Assembly (NCBI GenBank): GCA_030683995.1
Contig: JAUXPH010000057.1
Span: 27,876-91,875, forward strand
Direction of reading: 5' to 3'
Length of the DNA: 64,000 nt
Source of the DNA: Lutibacter sp.
Lineage (GTDB): Bacteria; Bacteroidota; Bacteroidia; Flavobacteriales; Flavobacteriaceae
Part shown: positions 58,283-64,000 of the stretch, one piece after another
Layout: each line of letters begins with the position of its first letter
How positions within the stretch are numbered: the stretch's first letter is position 1
Program-made: the position numbers and the translations under genes
The notes under the pieces: generated by a model
Told to the model about the DNA's origin: nothing
The model's database searches: none
What the model saw: only the letters and a program-made list of their open reading frames with translations

Positions 58283-60736
58283 TTAAAACTTCACATCAAC
58301 CTTAATATTTAGCACCCGTTGCGTCATATAATTTGGGATGCCGTAAAATTGTTTGGAATACACATCGCGAACCCAGGTATTTGTGATGGCGTTTTGCACA
58401 TCGAACATATTAAATATTTCAAAACCAGCGGATAATTCTTTAAAATCGCGTAGCCAGCCGCTTTGATATTGGTTTTTTGCATCAGTAAAAACATAAGAAA
58501 TTCCGATATCGGCTCTTTTGTAGGAATTTAACCTATTTTGATATTGGTACGGATTTGAATAGGAGGGAGAACCGCCGGGAACACCCGTGTTAAAAACCAG
58601 ATTTAAATACATTTTTATGTTTGGAATGTTGGGCACATAATCCTGAAACAACATCCCAAATTTAAAACGCTGGTCGGTGGGACGTGGAATATAACCTTGG
58701 TTGTTTTTATTTTCTTCTGTTTTTAAAAACCCGATGCTCACCCAGCTTTCCGTTCCGGGAACAAATTCTCCGTTCAATCTTAAATCGATGCCCGTTGCAT
58801 AGGCAATCGCATTGTTATCGGCGCTGTAACGCACTTTTACGTTATCGACTGTATAGGTATTTACATCGGTTAAATGTTTATAATAAACTTCAGAAATCAG
58901 CTTAAATGGTCGTTCCCAAAGCTTGAAACTGTAATCGTTGCCCAAAATTACCTGTAACGATTTTTGCGCATCAACGTTTGGAATTACCATTCCGGTATAA
59001 TCTCTGAGTTCTTTGTAAAATGGCGGTTGGCTATACATTCCACCAGAAATTCTGAAAAGCATATCCTTTTCCCAGTCGGGTTTTATGGAAAACTGGCCGC
59101 GCAGGCTGTAACTCGTTTTGCTTACTTTGCTGGAAATTTGGTCATTTACGCTCCAATTATGGGAACGAAGTCCAACATTATACCAAATTTTATGATTGTT
59201 CCAAAAAGCATTTTTGCTGTATTGCGCAAACCAAACCAATCTATTTATGGCAACGTGATTGTCGGCGCGGATGCTTTGAAAAGGAAGCAATTCTCCCGTA
59301 AAAGGCTCGTAAGGCTGATTGTTAGATATGAAATTTGGCGGACGAACGCTAAATCCCAAGGAATCTATCACTTCCCATTCATTTACCCGGTCTTTGGTGT
59401 CTTCATTTTGATATTTAATGCCAAAATTTATTTGATGGCTGTTCTTTTTGAAGGTGCCATTTATTTCAATATTGCTTATTAAAGCATCTAAATCGTTGCG
59501 GGCGTGACTTAATTGCGAGCCAATTCCTTTATAAAAATCAACATCCCCAAAATTGTCTGAACCAAAATCGCTGTTTACTTCGCCTAAATTATAACTGGCC
59601 AAAACATCATAATATTCTTCTTCAATAGTGTGATAGCTTGAGGTTGTTACATTGACATTTAAATTTTCATTAACCAAGTAACTTCCTTTTAAAGCGCCAA
59701 AAACTGTTTTGAATTTGTCTTTCTCTTGGCCTTCATAATAAACAATTAATTCCTGCGGATTGGTAATGGTTCCAAATTTTGTTCTTCGTGATTGTGGCGA
59801 AAAATTGTAATTGTTGAGCGAAAAATTTCCCAGAAAATCGATTTTTAATTTTGGATTTACCAAATAAGACAAAAATGTTTGGGCATCGGTAAAATTTGGA
59901 TTTGAAGTCGTTTCAACATCTTTGCTGTTGATAAACAAATTGTTATCTCGGTATCTGACCCCAACTATTGCGCTTAATCTATTTTGAAGCATCACGCCTT
60001 CAACAGTAACACTTCCGCCCAACAAACTTGCATTTATCGTAGTTGCTAATTCTGTTGGCGTTCTGTAGGTGATGTCTAAAACCGAGGAAAGTTTGTCTCC
60101 GTATTTTGCCTGAAAACCGCCTGCAGAAAAATTGACGTTTTGCACCATGGCGCTGTTTACAAAACTCAAGCCCTCTTGTTGTCCGGAACGCACTAAAAAC
60201 GGACGGTAAACTTCAATGCCGTTTACATACACCAAATTCTCATCAAAATTTCCGCCGCGCACATTGTATTGGGTGCTTAATTCGTTGTTGTTATTCACTC
60301 CGGGCAACGTCATTAAAATGTTTTCAACGCCTTGATTTGCACCCGGAATTTTGGCAATATCAGTCGGATTTACTTTAATAAAACCTTGGGCGTCTTTTTT
60401 CACATCTTTGACAATCACTTCATTGATGACTTCCGTTTTAGGTTCCAAAATGGGTGAAAATTGCAGTATCTTGTTTTTTGGCAGATTTACAATTTTGACC
60501 AAAGTGGTAAATGCAATATGGCTAAATATGACGGTAATTTCTGTATTTGCTGGGATTTTTAATACATATTCCCCATTTTCATCAGAAGTGGTTCCGGTAT
60601 TTAAAAAGGTAATTGCAACGCCTTCAACAGGTATTTTATTGCTGGTTTTTAAAACACCTTTAACAGTTGCCGTTTGGGCTGTTAAAAGTGTTGTAGCCAA
60701 TAAAAAACACAAGGTAAGCGTTGCTTTTTGTAGCAT
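58283..60736 (-). CDS. TonB-dependent outer membrane receptor
   Basis: Carboxypeptidase-like N-domain, plug motif (YNVRGGNFDENLVYVNG), barrel ending in aromatic F. Confidence 0.93.
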   Translation of the reverse strand: MLQKATLTLCFLLATTLLTAQTATVKGVLKTSNKIPVEGVAITFLNTGTTSDENGEYVLKIPANTEITVIFSHIAFTTLVKIVNLPKNKILQFSPILEPKTEVINEVIVKDVKKDAQGFIKVNPTDIAKIPGANQGVENILMTLPGVNNNNELSTQYNVRGGNFDENLVYVNGIEVYRPFLVRSGQQEGLSFVNSAMVQNVNFSAGGFQAKYGDKLSSVLDITYRTPTELATTINASLLGGSVTVEGVMLQNRLSAIVGVRYRDNNLFINSKDVETTSNPNFTDAQTFLSYLVNPKLKIDFLGNFSLNNYNFSPQSRRTKFGTITNPQELIVYYEGQEKDKFKTVFGALKGSYLVNENLNVNVTTSSYHTIEEEYYDVLASYNLGEVNSDFGSDNFGDVDFYKGIGSQLSHARNDLDALISNIEINGTFKKNSHQINFGIKYQNEDTKDRVNEWEVIDSLGFSVRPPNFISNNQPYEPFTGELLPFQSIRADNHVAINRLVWFAQYSKNAFWNNHKIWYNVGLRSHNWSVNDQISSKVSKTSYSLRGQFSIKPDWEKDMLFRISGGMYSQPPFYKELRDYTGMVIPNVDAQKSLQVILGNDYSFKLWERPFKLISEVYYKHLTDVNTYTVDNVKVRYSADNNAIAYATGIDLRLNGEFVPGTESWVSIGFLKTEENKNNQGYIPRPTDQRFKFGMLFQDYVPNIPNIKMYLNLVFNTGVPGGSPSYSNPYQYQNRLNSYKRADIGISYVFTDAKNQYQSGWLRDFKELSAGFEIFNMFDVQNAITNTWVRDVYSKQFYGIPNYMTQRVLNIKVDVKF

Positions 60737-60741
60737 TTAAT

Positions 60742-62454
60742 TTATATTTTTCTGAAGAAAGTTGCGTTCAGCGTATTTGTATTCCCAACATTGTCGGTTA
60801 CCGTTACTTTTAATTCGTGTTTTGAATCAGTAAAAACCAGATCTTTAAAATCATACGTTAAAACGCCCGTGGTTACATCATATTCCATTAAAATCCATTG
60901 TCCGTTAATTTCAGCCCTGTAAGTATTAATGCCCGATTTATAATCGAAAATCTTAACTTTTAACGTTTCGTGGTTTGTGATCCATTGGTCATTTTTAAAA
61001 TTATGCAACTGAATATTTGGCGCATCCTTGTCTGACAGCAACGTAAATTTTCCCAATTTTTTTGTTGAAGCATAAAAAATAGAATCTTTTTTTACGGTTG
61101 ATTCATAGCTTTTAGTTCCTTTTTTGTTGATGGATGCGATATACATTTGTTTCTTTTCGGATTCAGAATATTTTGACACATCAAAAGTGATGGTATAATT
61201 ATAATGAATCGGCACATTTGGGTAGTGCACATTGGCAACCGAATCTACCACATCAAAATCCAGCCATAAATCGGCATAAAAAGTATTTTTAGGAAATGCA
61301 ACAGTGACACCATTTTTACTGAACTGATTAAATTGCGCAAAACTAATTTTATACGGGGTTTGAGTTTCTGTTTTCCGAACTAAAACAGGGTCGTTTTTTC
61401 CAACAACAGGAATGGTAATTTTTTGGGTATTGCCGCTAAAATCTTTTGCGATAATGTCCACATTATAAGATTTTTTGTCTTCAATGGTCAAATATCCATT
61501 GTTAACGGAAGCTGCGTACATATTTAATTTATTTGAAGGTTCTATAAAACACTTCTGAATTCTTTGGCCCATTTTATCAAGCCGTTCATAATCTACCAGT
61601 AAATTAATGTATTTGTCTTCGGAAAAGGCTAAAACACTGGCCTTAAATTCGTGAAATTTTTCTCCATTTACAGAAAGTTCCAAACTGTACAATCCGTTTT
61701 GATTGCTTGCATTGTCCAATTGATCAAAAGCATTTACGCCAAAACCAATTTTTCCGAAGGCATTAATTTTGTCGGCAAGCAAATCACCGTTGCTTAATCT
61801 TTTGAATGAAAGCTGTAACGGAATATTGGCCTGGTTAATTTGAGCATCATCACTTAAGGAATAACCAACCAAAGTATTGATTGTCGGTCGTTTAGAGTCG
61901 TTTATTTGAATGCCAAAAAGGAATGGATTTATTGTTTTTTCTGAAGAGGAATCCCTAATTTCAAAATGCAAATGAGGTCCCATAAATCCGCCCGTGCTGC
62001 CGCTTAACGCAATAATTTCACCTTTTTTGATGGGCAATTCCGAAGCAGAAGGATACGCCTGAACTTCAAAACTTTCATTTTTATATTGTTGTTTTTTGAT
62101 ATAAGTTTCAATTTTATCGCTAAATTTTTGCAAATGTCCGTAAACAGTTGTGTAACCATTGGAATGCGTAATATAAAGTGCTTTTCCATAACCCCAATGC
62201 GCAATTCTAATTCGAGAAATATAGCCATCTGCAGAGGCCAACACATTTAATCCCTCTCTTTGTTGCGTTTTAATATCCAATCCAGCGTGAAAATGATTGG
62301 GACGCAATTCGCCAAAAGTTCCTGATAATATCAAAGGAATATCAAGCGGACTGCCAAAATAGTTTGTTGGATAGGTATTTTGCATAGTAACAGTCGCTTG
62401 CCCGTATGCAAGTATGCTGGAACAGAGAATAAAAAGTGCTATTAGTTTTTTCAC
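60742..62454 (-). CDS. M23 family metallopeptidase
   Basis: HFHAGLD (HxxxD), YGHL and GPHLHFE (HxH) motifs; GTG start. Confidence 0.92.
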   Translation of the reverse strand: MKKLIALFILCSSILAYGQATVTMQNTYPTNYFGSPLDIPLILSGTFGELRPNHFHAGLDIKTQQREGLNVLASADGYISRIRIAHWGYGKALYITHSNGYTTVYGHLQKFSDKIETYIKKQQYKNESFEVQAYPSASELPIKKGEIIALSGSTGGFMGPHLHFEIRDSSSEKTINPFLFGIQINDSKRPTINTLVGYSLSDDAQINQANIPLQLSFKRLSNGDLLADKINAFGKIGFGVNAFDQLDNASNQNGLYSLELSVNGEKFHEFKASVLAFSEDKYINLLVDYERLDKMGQRIQKCFIEPSNKLNMYAASVNNGYLTIEDKKSYNVDIIAKDFSGNTQKITIPVVGKNDPVLVRKTETQTPYKISFAQFNQFSKNGVTVAFPKNTFYADLWLDFDVVDSVANVHYPNVPIHYNYTITFDVSKYSESEKKQMYIASINKKGTKSYESTVKKDSIFYASTKKLGKFTLLSDKDAPNIQLHNFKNDQWITNHETLKVKIFDYKSGINTYRAEINGQWILMEYDVTTGVLTYDFKDLVFTDSKHELKVTVTDNVGNTNTLNATFFRKI

Positions 62455-62568
62455 AAATATTGTTATTTAATTTGTGCTAAAATACTAAATTATATTTTTT
62501 ATAAAGTTTAAATTATTAATCATTTAGCACAAAAGGTTTAAAGTTTTTTATAAAATACAAAAAAAACA

Positions 62569-62600
62569 GTTGTAATATTGCGTTACTAACACTAACTTTG
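62569..62600 (+). promoter_or_regulatory. sigma70 promoter of the coiled-coil/zapA operon
   Basis: GTTG, 20-nt spacer, TAACTTTG (62593-62600). Confidence 0.6.
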
Positions 62601-62629
62601 TATTTATAGTTTATATTCCTAAAGCAAAT

Positions 62630-62920
62630 ATGAGTTCTATAATACAAGTAGTTAATTTAGTCGAAGATAAACTCAAAAAACTTTTAGAAAATTATCATTT
62701 TTTGAAGGAAGAAAATGAGTTTTTATTCAATAAAATAGCGTTATTGGAGAATGAGTTGGCAGAAGGAAAGCAAATTTTTAATGAAATTGAAAAGAAGTAC
62801 CAAACATTAAAAATTGCAAAAACTTTAGAAGGCAGTAAAGAAGACAGAAGGGAAACAAAACTTAAAATAAATGCATTAATTCGTGAAATTGATACGTGTA
62901 TTGTTCAATTAAGCGAATAA
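62630..62920 (+). CDS. Coiled-coil protein upstream of zapA (ZapB-like position)
   Basis: Entirely heptad-like helical; C-terminal KINALIREIDTCI. Confidence 0.8.
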   Translation: MSSIIQVVNLVEDKLKKLLENYHFLKEENEFLFNKIALLENELAEGKQIFNEIEKKYQTLKIAKTLEGSKEDRRETKLKINALIREIDTCIVQLSE

Positions 62921-62930
62921 GATCTTTAAA

Positions 62931-63227
62931 ATGGCAGAACCTTTAAAAATAAAAGTAACTATCGCCGGCAGGGTATATCCAATCAACGTGAAAAACGAGA
63001 ATGAAGAGGAGGGTATGCGAAAAGCGGCAAAACATATCAACGACTTAGTTACCAAGTTTGAAAAGAATTATGCGGTAAGCGATAAACAAGATGTTTTGGC
63101 AATGTGTGCCTTGCAATTTGCTTCACTTATCGAAATTAATGCCATTAATAAAGATCAGGATATGACGGAAGTGACGGAAAAAATTAATAAATTGGGTGCG
63201 TTAATTGATACGCATTTAGAAAAATAA
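62931..63227 (+). CDS. zapA: Cell division protein ZapA
   Basis: IKVTIAGRVYPI, EEGMRKAA and DVLAMCAL motifs. Confidence 0.92.
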   Translation: MAEPLKIKVTIAGRVYPINVKNENEEEGMRKAAKHINDLVTKFEKNYAVSDKQDVLAMCALQFASLIEINAINKDQDMTEVTEKINKLGALIDTHLEK

Positions 63228-63257
63228 GTTCTTTAAAATAAATAAAATAATAATAAT

Positions 63258-63418
63258 ACTGCCTACATTAGTTATTGTTTGTTAAACTCAACATTATACC
63301 TTTATAAAGGATAAGTCTCAATTGTAAAAGCACGCCGTTTTAACGGATCCTTGACCAGTTAGTTAGTCCTAAACTTGTTTAAAGGAGTTTACAGAACCTC
63401 TCTAATGTAGGCTTTTTT
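63258..63418 (+). ncRNA. ssrS: 6S RNA (Flavobacteria type)
   Basis: Terminal helix GCCTACATTAG (63261-63271) / CTAATGTAGGC (63402-63412), inner AAACTC/GAGTTT helix, position downstream of zapA; ends approximate. Confidence 0.8.
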
Positions 63419-63435
63419 ATACCTAAAACCGAAAT

Positions 63436-64000
63436 ATGATAGATTATATAATGCCAATTATTTTTGGTATAGCAATAGGGCTCGCAATTGGCTACGTGAT
63501 AGCCAAAATGCTGGAAAAAACGAAAGCAACGCAGATTTTAAGAAATACAAGAAAGGAAGCTGCCACCATTATTAAAGAGGCTCAAATTGAAGCTGAGGCG
63601 TCCAGAAAAGACAAGATTTTACAAGCCAAGGAAAAGTTTATTGAGCTAAAATCGGAACACGAAAAAGTGATTATTGCCAGAGACCGTAAAATCGCTGAAG
63701 CTGAAAAACGCGCTCGTGATAAGGAGTCCCAAATTTCACAAGAACTCGATAAAAACAAAAAATTGAATCTTGATATTGCCACCAAAATGAGTGAGTACGA
63801 TAAGAAAGTGGAATATTATGATCGAAAAACGGAGGAAGTTGACAAACTTCACCGCAAACAGGTTGATCAACTGGAAGTTATTTCAGGATTGTCTGCTGTG
63901 GATGCCAAAAAAGAATTGATCGCTTCCCTAAAAGAACAAGCGAAATCGGATGCGATGGCCAGCATTCAGGAAACTATTGAAGAAGCCAAATTAACAGCGC
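63436..64000 (+). CDS. rny: Ribonuclease Y, 5' part (truncated by the window end)
   Basis: Translated by hand: N-terminal TM ([20 protein letters not shown]), coiled coil, [12 protein letters not shown] and LEVISGLS motifs; open frame to 64000. Confidence 0.93.
   Translation, partial: MIDYIMPIIFGIAIGLAIGYVIAKMLEKTKATQILRNTRKEAATIIKEAQIEAEASRKDKILQAKEKFIELKSEHEKVIIARDRKIAEAEKRARDKESQISQELDKNKKLNLDIATKMSEYDKKVEYYDRKTEEVDKLHRKQVDQLEVISGLSAVDAKKELIASLKEQAKSDAMASIQETIEEAKLTA

Overview
AT-rich Bacteroidota chromosome window, most likely Flavobacteriaceae (inferred from the TAnnTTTG promoters, the zapA-6S-rny synteny and the gene set). It is mostly housekeeping: idi, queD, add, oxyR, ppgK, ppdK, an RND efflux operon, bshB1, tRNA-His, uvrA, an ECF sigma factor, nth, bcp, a DEAD-box helicase, kdsC, mtnN, sucC, a TonB-dependent receptor, an M23 peptidase, zapA, 6S RNA and a truncated rny. 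The main discovery candidate is a split regulon. An identical 28-bp box (AAAATACTCAATATTAGGTATTTACATT, a NarL/LuxR-type 7-2-7 inverted repeat) occurs five times. One copy lies just upstream of a PAS-LuxR regulator gene (33.5 kb). The other four lie 20-23 kb away, each abutting a weak sigma70-like promoter, in an array of four paralogous lipoprotein genes with near-constant N-termini and highly divergent bodies plus one apparently captured secreted-protein gene (53.8-58.1 kb). Other candidates are a leader-peptide attenuator (4.5-4.7 kb), a 135-bp MITE with an 8-bp target duplication inserted into a REP hairpin (47.1 kb), two orphan operators and several unannotated small ORFs. No CRISPR array, integrase or transposase was seen. 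All calls come from reading the sequence; no database searches were run.
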